Below are positions 12,232-25,745 of a stretch of DNA of 46,531 nt, one piece after another. The translations under genes were made by a program, and so were the position numbers. The notes beneath the pieces are model-generated. The model ran no database searches, was not told the origin of the DNA, and worked only from the letters and a program-made list of their open reading frames with translations. The stretch comes from Phoronis australis (Eukaryota; Animalia; Phoronida), in assembly GCA_002633005.1 (NCBI GenBank), contig NMRA01000844.1, positions 1-46,531 on the forward strand, read 5' to 3'. Each line of letters starts with the position of its first letter. Within the stretch, counting starts at the first letter, position 1.

Positions 12232-14925
12232 ATAATCTTACACCTCTAGACAGCGTCAAATTTTCGAAAACGATTGTGCTACCAAAACGTGCCCACTTAT
12301 CAAACTCGAAGCGCACATATGATATTTAGATAAAACGTTTTTTAAAATAATTTTAGATCAGGGAATTCTGATTCAGGATTATGACAGTGATGACTTTAAT
12401 TAAATGGTCTACCTGATTTCTTACACAAATCCGTGAAATTTACGTAGATCCGTAGAATATTAAGTACAAAACAAACTTGCTGACATATTGTGACTGAAGC
12501 ATTTTGGAAAAATAAAGTTTGTCATGTATTAGCAATGATAAATGCAATGTTATCCATTTTTAGGTTTTAGATGTCCAAACATTTCATAAAATTTCGTTTA
12601 ACCTTTGGTGCGCACGTTTTATCGACTGGGCCAAGCAGGAATGGCTGGGTCAGTGGGAGAAGTTTTAATTCTACTAGCGTCTTATGTCTTCAAAAGGTTA
12701 CTTGGAAAGTTAGAACAGATTACAATTCATAAAAAGATGAAGACCATTGTGCGATGTATTTATTCGTACTATGAGAATATAACCAACAGCACAGAGTGGA
12801 CTTCTGATGTGGCAATGCATTAAGTATGGGTTCGATATATGTTAATGCTTTCACTTGCTGTTGAACTCCAATGATGGTGTCAGACGATGGACTGTGGGTT
12901 TGTTTAAAAGGTAGCTATGCTTTGAGATTGTAGGTAGATGGAAAGTGAATAATCAAATCCAATAATTAATTTATTATACGATAACCCCTATTTAGACAAG
13001 TGAAACCTATTGTTAATTAAGTAATCAACTACAAATAAGAGTAACTACGCTAGCGCTCTCTTTAAAGATTACTTTAATCAATCAACCAAAATAATCAAAT
13101 GTCTTATCTGCTATCCAAGCTAGAACTCTCCACTTGTTGGATGTCTGTCCTGTTGGTGAATCTTCGAACTACAAACAATGTATAGCGACAGTGTACTTGC
13201 TGGTCACCGTCTCTGGTGATGCAACACTTGCTTGCAATTTCTTCTACCCGCGATTCTTGCTAGTCACAGTCTCTGCCTGATGACGCAACACTTCAGGTAG
13301 TACCTTACTACCCACAATGAAAGGGGCAAGCTCTTAGTTAACTTCCTGTTCGTTAACATGTGCCCTTACCATGATCCTTTCTAGAATCTACCACGAGATG
13401 GCTCTGTCGTACAATTGCTTCTGTACACTGTAGCAAGTCTTTATGCTTCAACTACTATAGCGCATCTAATTATCTTGTTGATTTCAGCCCATAATATAAC
13501 CTTCTACTTATTTAGTGATTGGGTAATAAAAATCACATGATCATATCCACTCGCATTATTGGCTATTACAACTTGTTCTCAGAAAATTCTAGAATTTCTA
13601 GAGTACTTTGACCCCAGAACCCGAAGTTGTAAACACCATCTAAAAGTAGATTTTGACGTTAGAATACATGTCAACAAGTCCGACCCCATGATTATTAGGA
13701 GATATGCACAAATTTTGGGCAACTTAAAATAGATCTACATGTATTACTAATTACTTAATCAATATTTATTATGACAGATTGCTTCAGCATTGTGGAATGT
13801 TGTGTAGAAATTGAATGTCTTTTTAGAATAAACATTTTGACCTTTTCTTTTGGTAAACTTTGTGAGCAAGCCGCAGAAACTTCGATACCTTTATTTCTAT
13901 TCTGTGAAGAAACAGTAGCTTTTGGGAATACGTGTTTCATAGGTAACGGTGAAACAGTAATGAACACAAGTGTTCTCTTCGAGTCAACAATAATTTATTG
14001 ATCAATTTAATAAGGATTCGAGTCGAATGTCGCAAAAACTGTCAGAGAACGTAGACCTCTTTACCGTGCTTTATACTTTTAGAAATAGTTAAAACAGTAG
14101 TATACCACAGAAAATTTCTTTAGAAATAATGGACTGTTAACTAGATTTATAATCAGGTGATAAATTTTATGCAAAATTCATTGGTCATCGGTACTCTACA
14201 TGTTTGCTGGAAACCAAAACTCACCAAAGATTTAGTAGCGCATAGTTTCACGCTATGGTGATACCTGTACGAATCAGTCCCATAATTCTATTTATTTAGT
14301 CCCTTACCTACTTTTTGGTAGAAATTGTGTGTGCTGAATTGCAGTCACGTAGTTAACTTAATAAAACATACTAGGCAAAAAGAATCTTTGAACTTCATAA
14401 GAATCTATGCCCATCTGTAGGTCGAAAGTCACCGATCAGTGTTGGACAAGAACCATTTAACAGGACTTCCTTGGACTAGTGAATCCATACACGAGTTAAA
14501 CCAACCCACATGAAAAGAGTAATATAGGGGACTTGATAAGTCTCACGTCCAGGTGAACATCTTGTTACTTGACGTGCCAGTGTAAATTGATACATACCTT
14601 GAACAACACGGACCGATGTGTAATATTCTTACTCAAATCGAACTGGAAATTATTTTTGTCGTTCCTCGGCCATGTGAAAACTCAAGATCAGTGTCTGTTC
14701 TTTGTTCTAGTGTGTTGTGGTTGCTGTCGATATGTGTAATGTCCACATTCCCGCTTACTGGCCACTATATTCGACCTACATCTTCATATTAATAATGGGA
14801 TTCCAAGTAAAACCTCGAAAAGGAAATGTTAAATACAGTTTTAGTTCTATTCCGACTACAAAAATTACACGTGAGGCCTTGATCTTCATCTAGCTCATTT
14901 TATACGATACGCTTTTCTCATACAG

Positions 14926-15122
14926 CTAAATACGAGCTGCAACTACTGAGGATGGCTATGAGTCAATGGGAGCACTTCACCTGCGTCAAGTTCAGGAAAA
15001 AGACACACACAGAAAAGAATTATCTAGAATTTCGGAATGGTTTGATAGGCTGCAGTTCCTATATTGGAATGGCTAAGATTGGAAAACAGGACGTTAATTT
15101 GCAAAGACCTGGATGTAGCCAG
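14926..15122 (+). CDS. Astacin-family metalloprotease, exon D (catalytic domain N-terminal half)
   Basis: ttttctcatacag acceptor, CAG|gtaagt donor; KYELQLLRMAMSQWEHFTCVKFRKK...GCSSYIGMAKIGKQDVNLQRPGCSQ matches the astacin pattern AMxxWExxTCVxF...GCxSxIG...QxVxL...GC. Overlaps ORF 14952-15164. Confidence 0.93.
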
Positions 15123-17616
15123 GTAAGTCTGACTTATAACCTACCTAGGCGTTTTTTTTCTTGAGTAATGTCCCACAACACATTTTAGTTGCCAAATGAA
15201 TACGAGTAAGTCAACGTAGCCTAGTGGTGGGCGTCGAATGGGCGCACTAGAAATGAGCATGGCATAACTTAACAACATGTTGTTGCTCGGATGAATCGTG
15301 GCCCTTCTTTTTCCGTTTTTCTACTTTATTGGAAATCGTCATCACCACCAGGTCTCAGTTATTTGTTATTTGTTGGACTTAATTCCTCGTACAGTACATG
15401 CGTGTTGATGTAAAACGGAAAACCATTCGTGATCTGTGGGTATGTAAAATGGGAAATTATTGAAAATAAACACTTTTTGCAGAGAATGCATGAACACATT
15501 AACTTATTCAAGAACGAGGTTGTTGAGATTGTCAACATTACCGGACATCATGCCAGGCATTTCCTGTTTAAAGCAGTTCCAAGTAAAACACTATATGGCT
15601 GACATGGCAGTGTTGCTATCCTATTACAGACTCCACGGAGTATGCGACCGGTGATGAAGTTAATCTATTAGAAAAAATGCCACATTTTTCAATTATGATA
15701 TTATACATTTTGCTAGTTTCGCTTATTCCAAATCAATATTATATCCAACGACATTCGTGTTGTAACAATTTTAGAAACCACACTGCGCTCAGGCAATGTA
15801 CGAATTTCGTGATTAAAGCCTTACTTTCACCTACTTAGCACAAAGAATGAGTTTTGTCACTCGAAAGATATTGCTAAAATCAATACGTCTCGTAAATTAC
15901 AACCATGTATGTACTCAACGCGAAATAGTGAACCTGGAAGATGTGTATCCATTTACTAGAATACATGACTTATTATTATTATTATAATAGTCTTTTACAC
16001 ACCTTCTCATCGACCAACCCAAGTTAAGGAAAGATCATTTTGGTAAAAATCCTACGACAATGAACCAATCAGTATGAGAAATTCTGGTTCCTTTGCTGAC
16101 TGGCATATATAGCACGCAGATATATTCGAATATTTCTTCCAAAAAACGACCTCTCTAGTCCTCATTGGTTAGATTTCAAAAAAGGATTTAAAATGCTCAG
16201 CCACAGTCAATGAAGCCAATTGATATTGAGGAAGGATATCGGTCTCCAGTATTTCAAGTAATGTTTCTTTTTATCTGCTCCCCGAAGCAATGAAGATGAT
16301 CACCCTTTTTTCTGTGTTGATGATCAATGACCAACATTTAATTCAGTATTAAATGAGCAAACAACTTAACGTCCAATGTCAGTCCCAAAGAAGACAGAAA
16401 TTTCACTGAAAAATCATCGGAGCATTAGCTCTTGTTGTTTTTTTATTTTGCAAATAGTTGTGTGACTTCTCCATATGTAAGACGATCTTCTAATTTTTTC
16501 CCGTTTCATTCAGTTTGTGGAAACACAGCTTATCTGAATGAGTTTCTCAAGTTGTATTTTTAGAGTTTCTACATTTGTATAGATTTCCATAAAAAATGTT
16601 TCTTTTCTTAAAAACTTTTTAATTTAATATTGGTTTTAGCATTTTCGGATTCCTACGTGTTTGTGTAATGCCTATTTTCGATGTGAAGAAAATATTTGGA
16701 AGGTTTTTTACCCTCTTCAATCCATCTTGCTCTCGAGCAAGTCTTAACACTACAGTAAAATGCAACAATTTCGTAAAATATAACAATTTCGTAAGTTGTA
16801 ATAAATGTTTCAATTGTTACATTTTATGTAATTTTTACAGTTTACGTCGAAGGCACATGCGAGAAATGTACCATTGTTACAGTTTACGAGCTCGACGTCA
16901 TATTTCATGAGTTTGCATGATATTTGTCACACGAAGGAAACCCGTTCACACACTCCACGCCTTCTTTCTCGGATTGTNTAGTTCTTAAAGATTCATTTCG
17001 AGTAATTGAGCGGACTTTGTCAAACTGTTTGTGTATAAGATGTAAGGGGAAATGAATGTTTCAATTGTTACATTTTATGTAATTTTTACAGTTTACGTCG
17101 AAGGCACATGCGAGAAATGTACCATCTTGTTACAGTTTACGAGCTCGACGTCATACATGTATTTCATGAGTTTGCATGATATTTGTCACACGAAGGAAAC
17201 CCGTTCACACACTCCACGCCTTCTTTCTCGGATTGTGTGAATGAAATTCTATCAAATGTGCCAGGTCGAATTTATAGATGCGTCTCTGCGTGTTAACATG
17301 GCTTTTGAACATGAGTAGTTTCATGATATAGTCCAAAATATACAGCGTACAGTTTCAAGTGCACACGAAAGGATTTTCCAGGATCAAGTAACAAGCTGTT
17401 AAAGCGTTCCTGCAGTCTGTTGTTGACATTTACAGATCATTAACTAATTGTGTATACGGCATTAGAGTAAATTAATTTCCTTGGTAAGCACAACAATGGC
17501 ATCGTACTGTGTTTTATTGCTTTGGAGTCATCAGTAATTGCCCTGCTCCACATAAAAGGAGCTGAACCAAAGTTAAGTCTCTGATGACGACGGGTTCTGT
17601 CTATCACCTTACTTAA

Positions 17617-19147
17617 AGGAGCTTGCCACCCAAGAAACAACCTAATTTGAATCAATTTAGATCCAGTAGTTCTACTCCATAATCACAAGTACGGTTGCGG
17701 TACCTGACACCTGACGGCAGACGAACGTGTTGAAATTATCCAATGACGTCATCGGTTTCCACCGCAGTCTGTTCAGCAGTTCACAACACGGGTTACTGGT
17801 GTCAGCTTATCGCTTGAAGTCATTGTTTAACTCCAATAAATCATCAAACTTCGATGTAAGTCTCTTAAAAATATACCGAGTTCTTATAAAAACGTGTTGT
17901 TTTATTTTGCTCTTACGGATTTATGGGTATTTGGACACACCGTAGCCTACAAAGTTCGGCAGGCCAATAAGGTCCGTAGCAGGAGTTTGGGGTCTGTTCG
18001 GAGACAATTTCGAAGTATCTTCCGTAAGATACAGACAGAAGAACCTAGATATGTGTTGTTTATACTTATGACTTTTTTAGTTCTAAACACAAAACGCTTG
18101 TTAACCTGACCAGTTGCTCGGAACCCGATCAGGCCCATCGCGGCCGGCCGGATTGACTCGTTGTTATCCCAGCCAGTGGCACGGAAACTCATTAGACATC
18201 ACGAACATACACCAGCCAAAGTTCAGTGGAAACTAAACTTCCAGTCAAGAAAATACTATACTAGTGAGCCAAAGTAATGTGTGATTATCGTTGGTGAATT
18301 AGCCACGAAACTGCAAATCTACTTCACTCGTCGAGGGCAGCGAATTAAGGTTCCGCTTTGGCCACAGCACCGTCAGATTCCCCTAACACCTGGCCGTGGG
18401 ATGGAAGTCGACTTGTTTCGAAACAGTTTCCGCCAGCAAACACTAACTTAGCATGAGCTCACACGGCCTCGGTGTCCCGTCAATTAGTTTTATTGCAGCT
18501 AAAGCCGGTAACACAGCGATTTATTCATTGCTGGCTTCTCAAATCATTTGCACTCACAAACACTCCAAAGGCATTGCAAATTGCATCTAATGTGACAAAC
18601 TTTGTTTCAGTTTTATATAAGTATTGGTTAGGGTGAGAATAATTCATTTTGAAACAGAACACTCAGTAATAAACGCCAACATGGCAACTTGCGATCCCGA
18701 CTTAGGGCGAGCTAGAGCTCATCAGTACCGACTTCGCAGGTGGATCGTTCAGTACGAACAGGTATACAGTGATGTAGAAATACTAGAGAGGCGCCGTGAA
18801 CAAGCTCAGACTTCGGAACGTATGGAGTTATTTGGTAAGCCGGAATTCGTCAGGCACTGTCGATGTCTGCAGGCCACAGACACGGAGATGTTTCACGGCC
18901 TCATACTTGCTATTCATAGCGTACATTTCATTTTTCACTACCGTGAGCCACTTCCTAAGCATTTCGAACTCTCGAGGAAGTAAAAGAACAATATACCCGC
19001 TTTCCTCGCAGCTGATTAGTTCGGACAAGCGGGAACGATGCAGCGCAACATATCGGCAATCTCTCTGCATATGAACCAATGACGTCGCTAGCGTCGTTTC
19101 TCACCTTCCTCACAGCTTAACGCGACGCCTCTTGGCAAGGTAAGGTC
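17617..19147 (-). mobile_element. Kolobok-like non-autonomous DNA transposon, copy 1 (one terminus missing)
   Basis: Starts TTAA|AGGAGCTTGCCACCC; aligns as the reverse complement of ~27250-28905; decayed THAP on the minus strand (LPREFEMLRKW...KHLRVCG); the last ~75 bp including the second TIR are absent. Confidence 0.75.
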
Positions 19148-19326
19148 GTCTGTTTTAAGTATGTTAAGTTATTAGACATTGTGGCGGAAGGAAATAAAAG
19201 CACGCATTTATTTGACGGCACGTTGACATGGCAAGTCAACAGTCATATGATGTCAAATCTATCTGGAATATTGGTGGTAACTACAGATCAAACCGTGACG
19301 TGTATACGTAAAAATAGGATGCCTAG

Positions 19327-19497
19327 TGTTGTTGTTAAGCTTTGTATTAGCCGCCAGGCGTCTCTGGTGTTTAACCTCTCCCCTCTGGCTGGAGGGGCGT
19401 TCCAGAGCGTCCATATTAGTGGACTGATCACATTTATTGTGTTGGCGAATATAATCACTTGTTAGGGACATTTGCGTTGTCTTTGAGCGAACTAACT
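19327..19497 (+). repeat. Copia 5' LTR
   Basis: Begins TGTTG; 171 bp; 12 mismatches to the 3' LTR by manual alignment. Confidence 0.92.
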
Positions 19498-19499
19498 TA

Positions 19500-19509
19500 T
19501 GGTAGCAGA
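19500..19509 (+). promoter_or_regulatory. Primer-binding site complementary to the initiator tRNA-Met 3' end
   Basis: TGGTAGCAGA two bases after the 5' LTR; the PBS type described for GalEa Copia elements. Confidence 0.85.
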
Positions 19510-19548
19510 TTCATAAAGATCTTCGGGTACAGGCGAATAGCATTCAAA

Positions 19549-22500
19549 ATGTCAATGCGTATTAACCAACCGGAATTTAGTGGGACGAAGTCCTATGAGC
19601 GTTAGAAACAAGAAGTCTTAGCGTGGAATGAGGTCACGACCCTTGAGAAATCTAAGCGCGGAATAGCGATTGCACTGTTGTTGCCAAACGGACTCAGTAG
19701 GCATCCGTCAACAGGTGTTTGAAGAACTAGACATTGCGGTGCTCAAGGCAAATGACGGCTTGGATAAGCTCATCAAATTTTTTGATTCCATATTCGGCGA
19801 AGACGATTTATCAGATAGCCTTGAAAAATTCACTGCTTTCGAGGATTACGAGCGCAAGTATGGACAATCTCTTACTGAATTCATCCAAGTATTTGATCAG
19901 TATTACAACAGAATAGTTAAAAAGAGTATGTCACTGCCGTCCGAAATTCTAGCTTTCAAGCTGCTGCGCAAAGCAAACATTTCGAAACATGAAAAATTGT
20001 TAGTACTCACCGGCATGGACTACGGCAAGAAATCAGAGCTCTATGAACAAGCAGAAACGTCACTCAACAAATTTAAGGGTGAGACAGTGAGCGACGGGGC
20101 TGTAACCATTAATAATGGCATCAAACTCGAACTAGTGTGGTTAGTGGAAAATGAAGACGTACTCCTTCCCGCGGGTTATGCGCGCCGACCTCCGTGGCGA
20201 GGCCGAGGTTGGGGTGGTCGCGGAAGATGACATACAATGTACGCAGCCGGGCGTCAGCAATGACAGGCAACCGGATGCGCGGCCCCATAATCCGATAGGA
20301 TCAAACGGAAAACGTATGACATGTATGTGCTGTGGTTCCTACAGGCACCTCATTGCCAAGTGTCCCGACAGTTGGGGAAAATATGTCCAACACTCACAAT
20401 TCTGAACATGCTGTGCTTTTCACCGGGACCAAAAGCGGCTTAAAGCCAACTTACGCGCCAAGCGCAAAACTCCATAGTCCTGGACAGCGCTTGCTCTAGT
20501 CTAGGGTTAGTCTGCGGTGAACAGTGGTTGGGTAATTACATCGAGTGTCTAAGCGAGACCTACAAGCGTAACGTGAAACGTAACCCAGGCGTTAGATCAT
20601 TCAAATTTGGTAGTGGGCACAGCCTCCCATCGAGGGCCAGCGTTGAGATCCCAGCCGTGCTGGCGGGAAAGTCTGTCACGATCAAAACAGATGTGGTTGA
20701 ATCCGAAATACCACTGTTGTTATCTAAACAAGCGATGAAAGAAGCTAAAGTGATACTAGATCTAGAGAATGACAACGCTGAGATTATGGGCGAGCTAGTC
20801 AATTTGCAGCAAACGACATCGGGTCATTATTCTGTGCCAATCGTTCCATCGCGTACTGTGGAAGAGCACGAAGTGTTCGCTGTTAATCTTCAGCATCTTA
20901 CCGCAACAGATCGCAAGAAAGCTCTGCTCAAATTGCACAAGCAGTTTGCGCATCCTCCCAATGACAAACTCGTTGGCTTGCCTTGCTTAAAGACGCGGGG
21001 ATGTATGATGACTGTTTCCTGGATGATTTGTCTGCGATTCGGGACAAGTGACTTGTGTAAAATTCACGCAAAACGTTCCCGAAACCAGTCGTTGCGTTTC
21101 TTATGGCCAACGATTTTAATGATGCTGTTCCAGTCGATCTTAAGAAGTGGAAATCGCGCTGGATTCTTCACATGGTTGATACGTGGTCCCGTCTGACAAT
21201 CTCCGTGTTTATTGACAGAAAGAAACCATCTGAAGTAATTGACAACATAATGACTCACTGGGTTGGTGCTGGATTTGGCGTTCCGAAAGCGATTTTGTCG
21301 GACAATGGCGGGGAATTCAGTTCGGATGAAACTCGAGAAGTGGACAGTATTTTGAACATGAAACTGCACACTACTGCTGCCGGTAGTCCATTTCAGAATG
21401 GTTTGTGCGAACGCGTGCACGCAGTTACCGATAGTATGCTGATAAAGCTTGAGGATGAATTCCCCAAAACCGATTTAGCTGTGCTGCTGTGTTGGGCGAA
21501 TGTTGCTCGAAATTCTCTGCAATGTGGAACGGATTCAATAGTTATCAGTTAGTCTTTGGCAGAAATCCGAACTTTCCCAATATCATGTCTGACGGTTGCC
21601 CGCCCTTTAGGGAATTACTTACAGCGAGACTCTTGCGTAACACTTGAATGCGCTGTACGCCTCGAGAAGAGCGTTTGTGGCGTCTTATGCGGATGAGAGA
21701 ATTAGAAGGGTGTTGCGTCACAAAGTGAGATCATCGGAACAATTGTTTGAGCATGGTACTAATGTTTATTACAAGCGTGAAGACCGAGAACGATGGCTTG
21801 GACCCGCAAAAGTTTTGTTTCAAGACGGCAACGTGGTGTTCGTGCGCCATGGCGGCTTAATCGTGCGCGTGTCTCCTACGAGACTTGTGAAAGCCGGTGA
21901 GGCACTTGGCACCCAGTGTGATGATAGTGATTCTGTTTCACAAAATGACATTTCCGATCATGGTAACGCGAACGATTGTAAACCGACTAGAAACGTCGCG
22001 TGTAGTGAACAGCTTAGTGCCTCGAATAGTGACAGCTGTGAGAATAGAAGTGACACTGCAGTTCGCCCCGACATGGGCATCAGGTACAAAGTCCTCCCAT
22101 CGGACGAATGGGTTACAGCTACCGTGCTAAGACGTGCGGGAAAAAATTCGAGAAAGTACAAAGACCGGTTTAATATGCGGTTAGACGACGGTGGAGAAGA
22201 CTTGAGCGTTGTGAATGTCGCCGAATGGGAAACTATTGCCGAAGAAGAAGTAAATCTCGTGCTTACTCCCAAATCGCGTCAAACGAGTTTGAGTGCGTTA
22301 TTGCGAAACAAGTTGAACTTGACAAGTTGAAAGAGGTAAATGACAACGGTCAAAATAGCGTGTCCACCACCTTGGTTTTGTGGAATAAAGGTGATCATGT
22401 GCGAGCGAGATTGGTCGCCAGAGACTTTGAGGAGCAGGCGGACGTGCCGCGGGACTCGCCCACCATTGGTAAAAGTGGATTGCGGGTGTTTTTGGCACTG

Positions 22501-23651
22501 GCCGCTGCAAAAAGTTGGACTATCAAAACCACTGATATCAAGTCTGCTTTTTTGCAAGGTCGTAAACCCGAACCCGATATTTCTATCGTTCCGCCGCCTG
22601 AGGCGAAATGTGCCGAGAAACTTTGGAAGTTGAACCGCTGCCTATATGGATTGAATGATGCTGCTCGTCAATTCTTTGAGAGCGTGTCTGAAGAGCTGCA
22701 GAAGTTGGGTTGTACCCAGTCATCCCATGATCCCCCCTGTTTACTTTCCGCAAGGACGGTCGACTAGCAGGTATGTTATGCAGTCACATTGACGATTTTT
22801 TGAATTGCGGCGAGAACTGGTTTGACATGTTGGTCATGGCTCATCTGCGCGAACGCTTTACGGCTGGAAAGTTGGAGGAAGTCGGCCATTTGAAATATAT
22901 CGGTTTTCATGTAAAGCAAACTGACGGGAGTATTGTTCTGGATCTAAGCGACTATGCTCGCGATTTGGAAATGATTGACCTTCCTCCTTCAAGATTTAAT
23001 CACAAAAGTGACATGTTGAACACGAACGAACAAACCCGGTTAAGAAGTACCGCCGGGAGTTTGAATTGGGCCGTACAGGGCTCCCGGCCGGACCTGGCCT
23101 ATGATCTGATCGAGTTGAGCATGAAGTACAAAACTGCCAATGTTAGTGATCTCAAGCGAGCTTTGAAAGTAGTAAAAAGACTGAAAGACTGTGATTCATT
23201 TGTGAAGTTTCCTAATCTAGGCCTCGTGAGTGACTGGCAGTTGACTATTTTTAGCGAAGCTGGTCATGTGAATCTTTGCGATGGTGTAAGCAGTGTTGGC
23301 GCGAACATTATCCTTCTTGAGGGCGATAGCAATAAATGTTGCCCCCTAGCATGGGTGGCCAACAAAATAAAACGTGTGGTGCGGTCCACTATCGAGGCTG
23401 AAGCCCTCAGTTTGGAGGAAGCATTGGAGGACGCCATCTATTTGCGCAGTTTACTGGAAGATTTGTTGGGACTGCCTCCAAAATCAATTCCTATTGTCGC
23501 ATTCGTGGACAATAAAAGTGTTGTCGAGGCCGTTCATTCAACCAACTATATCAAGTGGTGTTCTGGTCATCAGCAGTTAGCGAACTTCATGACGAAGCGT
23601 GGTGCTTCGTCTGTGAACATTCTTAATGCTATCCAAACCAGACTGTTATAG
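19549..23651 (+). pseudogene. Copia gag-pol polyprotein, disrupted by stops and frameshifts
   Basis: MSMRINQPEFSGTKSYER*KQEVLAW gag start; CMCCGSYRHLIAKC zinc knuckle; IVLDSACSS protease; KLHKQFAHP, ILSDNGGEF and SPFQNGLCER integrase; DIKSAFLQG, YGLNDAAR and HIDDF RT; STIEAEALS and DNKSV RNase H. Split over at least seven ORF-track fragments. Confidence 0.93.
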
Positions 23652-24011
23652 ACTTTCACATTAGTTTAGTTAGTTTTTACTATAAGTTTTTCTATTCTTA
23701 TATATACCCACTTTTTACTGCCATCCTCATCATAAAAGAAAAAGGAGAGAGTATTGGTGTTAAGCTTTGTATTAGCCGCCANATTAGTACGATAAGACAG
23801 TCGTTACTAACCAAGGATGTAAACTATATCAAGTGGTGTCCTGGTCATCAGCAGTTAGCGAACTGCATGACGAAGCGTGGTGCTTCGTCTGTGAACATTC
23901 TTAATGCTATCCAAACCAGACAGTTATAGACTTTCACATTAGTTTAGTTAGTTTTTACTATAAGTTTTTCTATTCTTATATTTACCCACTTTTTACTGCC
24001 ATCCTCATCAT

Positions 24012-24029
24012 AAAAGAAAAAGGAGAGAG
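24012..24029 (+). promoter_or_regulatory. Polypurine tract
   Basis: AAAAGAAAAAGGAGAGAG immediately before the 3' LTR. Confidence 0.85.
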
Positions 24030-24200
24030 TATTGGTGTTAAGCTTTGTATTAGCCGCCAGGCGTGTCAGGTGTTTAACCTCTCCCCTCTGGCTGGAGGAG
24101 CGTTCCAGAGCGTCCATATTGGTGGACTGTTCACGTTTATTGTGCTGGCGAATATAATCACTTGTTTGGGACATTTGCGTTGTCTTTGAGCGAAATAACA
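24030..24200 (+). repeat. Copia 3' LTR
   Basis: 171-bp direct repeat of 19327-19497, ends TAACA, followed by the TSD CCTAG. Confidence 0.92.
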
Positions 24201-24205
24201 CCTAG

Positions 24206-25310
24206 GAGGGAAAATAGAAAATATTTTCCAATCTGAAAAGGCGTGATCATTTTGCTCAACCCTGCTCTAGGTGATTAGTTTAAACGGGCTTAAACAAGAG
24301 AAACGAAGATCATTGAAATGGGCCCACGAATGCATTGCAAATGGTGTGCTTTTAGGGTTATTTATTTGTATCATAAAAATGGCCACTAGAAGCAAAAACA
24401 TACAATCCATCCAAAAACAGGAACACGCCATATTTCATAAAAATCTGTCAAGGAACTTCAGAGAAACAAGGGAAAACAGAATGAAATGAAATTGCCACTA
24501 GTGGGCACAGTGTCCATTGGAACCGCCTGAAAGTCTTCGTCGTCTCCATATAAATACACTTACTAAATTTAGCAGTGGGCTTAAGAGATACAATTATGGG
24601 CGCAAAACAAAACTACCACTAGGAGGCGCCACAGTAGTCAGTTACCATCATCAAAGGTCGTCTTCACACTGAGAACATATATGCCAATTTTCAAATGATT
24701 TGGTTGTTACAGGGGTGGTCACCAAAAACAAGATTTGAACACCGCAAAAATGGCAAGTGGGTGGTGCAAAATACCTCGATTCCTTCCAAAAACAGGAAGA
24801 TAGCGTCATCACACCAATAGATGCCTATATTTAAAATTTTATGAAAATCTGTTGAGGACCTTTGAAGAAACCGAGTTAAACGTAAAAACTTGAATCGCCA
24901 CTAAAGGTTAGAGCAGTAGTCAGATCTGTCCGGAAGTTGTCGTCATCCGTAGTCAACATCATATAAATACAATTGCTCAATTAAGTAAAGATCCTGCGAA
25001 CGGTTAAGGTGACACAGCAATAGGCGCAACAAAAACAAAACTGCCACTAGGAGGAGCCACAGTTGTCTAAGTTTTCGAAAATCATCGTCAACGGTTCTCT
25101 TTGTAGTAAGCACATACATGCCAATTTTCAAAATCATCCTTTGAGCGGTTTGGTTGATAGAGGGGTGGACCCAAAAATAGACTAGAAAACAGTAAAAATG
25201 GCCACTAGGTGGGGCAAACTACGTCAAATCCATCCAAAAACGGGAGGGTAGAGGCCTCTTACTAATAAGTGCTAACATACATGTATTAAATTTCATGAAA
25301 ACTGCAAATG
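24206..25310. repeat. Degenerate satellite-like array (~140-bp subunits, ~430-bp higher-order similarity)
   Basis: Recurrent (AAAATGG)CCACTAG(GAGG), ATGCCAATTTTCAAA, TCCATCCAAAAAC and AAATTTCATGAAAA motifs; 24600-24850 resembles 25025-25305. Confidence 0.6.
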
Positions 25311-25619
25311 GATATAGTTATATTTACAAATAATATAGTGCTTTCGGAGACTTCAGTAACAATACATTTTTTGAAGTTCGTCCACGTCTAAACAAGATTT
25401 TAAATCTCAGCCTCATCGTTACCAAAAATAAGGTCTACTCTGCATCCACAGCTGTCAATATCGCTAAGAGCCCTTAGGAACCCTTTTAGAATTCTTTCGG
25501 GACAGCACTCGCTGTCCACTTTGGAAAGCCCGATTGAAACATTGAGCCATAAATGAGATGGCTTTTTAATACACCATGGTCATCAAAGATTTTAAACCAT
25601 CTTATATTAACCATAGTAA

Positions 25620-25745
25620 TATTAAAAACGATAACGAAAACGAGTAATAGTAGTGATGGTAGTAATAGCAGTAATAGTAGTTAGGGTTGTAATATCAGTA
25701 ATATTTGTAGCAGTAACAGTAGTAATAGTAGTGTAATACTACTAA
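25620..25745. repeat. Imperfect (AGT/AAT)n trinucleotide repeat
   Basis: agtaatagtagtgatggtagtaatagcagtaatagtag-type runs. Confidence 0.75.

Larger units (their letters stand above)
19327..24200 (+). mobile_element. Full-length decayed Ty1/Copia LTR retrotransposon, GalEa-like
   Basis: 171-bp LTRs at 19327-19497 and 24030-24200; 5-bp TSD CCTAG at 19322-19326 and 24201-24205; PBS TGGTAGCAGA; polypurine tract; domain order gag-PR-IN-RT-RH. Confidence 0.95.

Noticed and set aside
11780-12329. 143-aa and 100-aa repeat ORFs, or a CRISPR-like array
   Set aside because: Both arise from a head-to-tail 54-bp repeat with no spacers, in a eukaryotic intron.
12975-13740. Possible solo LTR on the minus strand
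   Set aside because: Composition is LTR-like, but I could not find matching TG...CA ends with a TSD.
23750-23781. Apparent third Copia LTR start
   Set aside because: Part of the N-flanked duplication, most likely a haplotype artefact.
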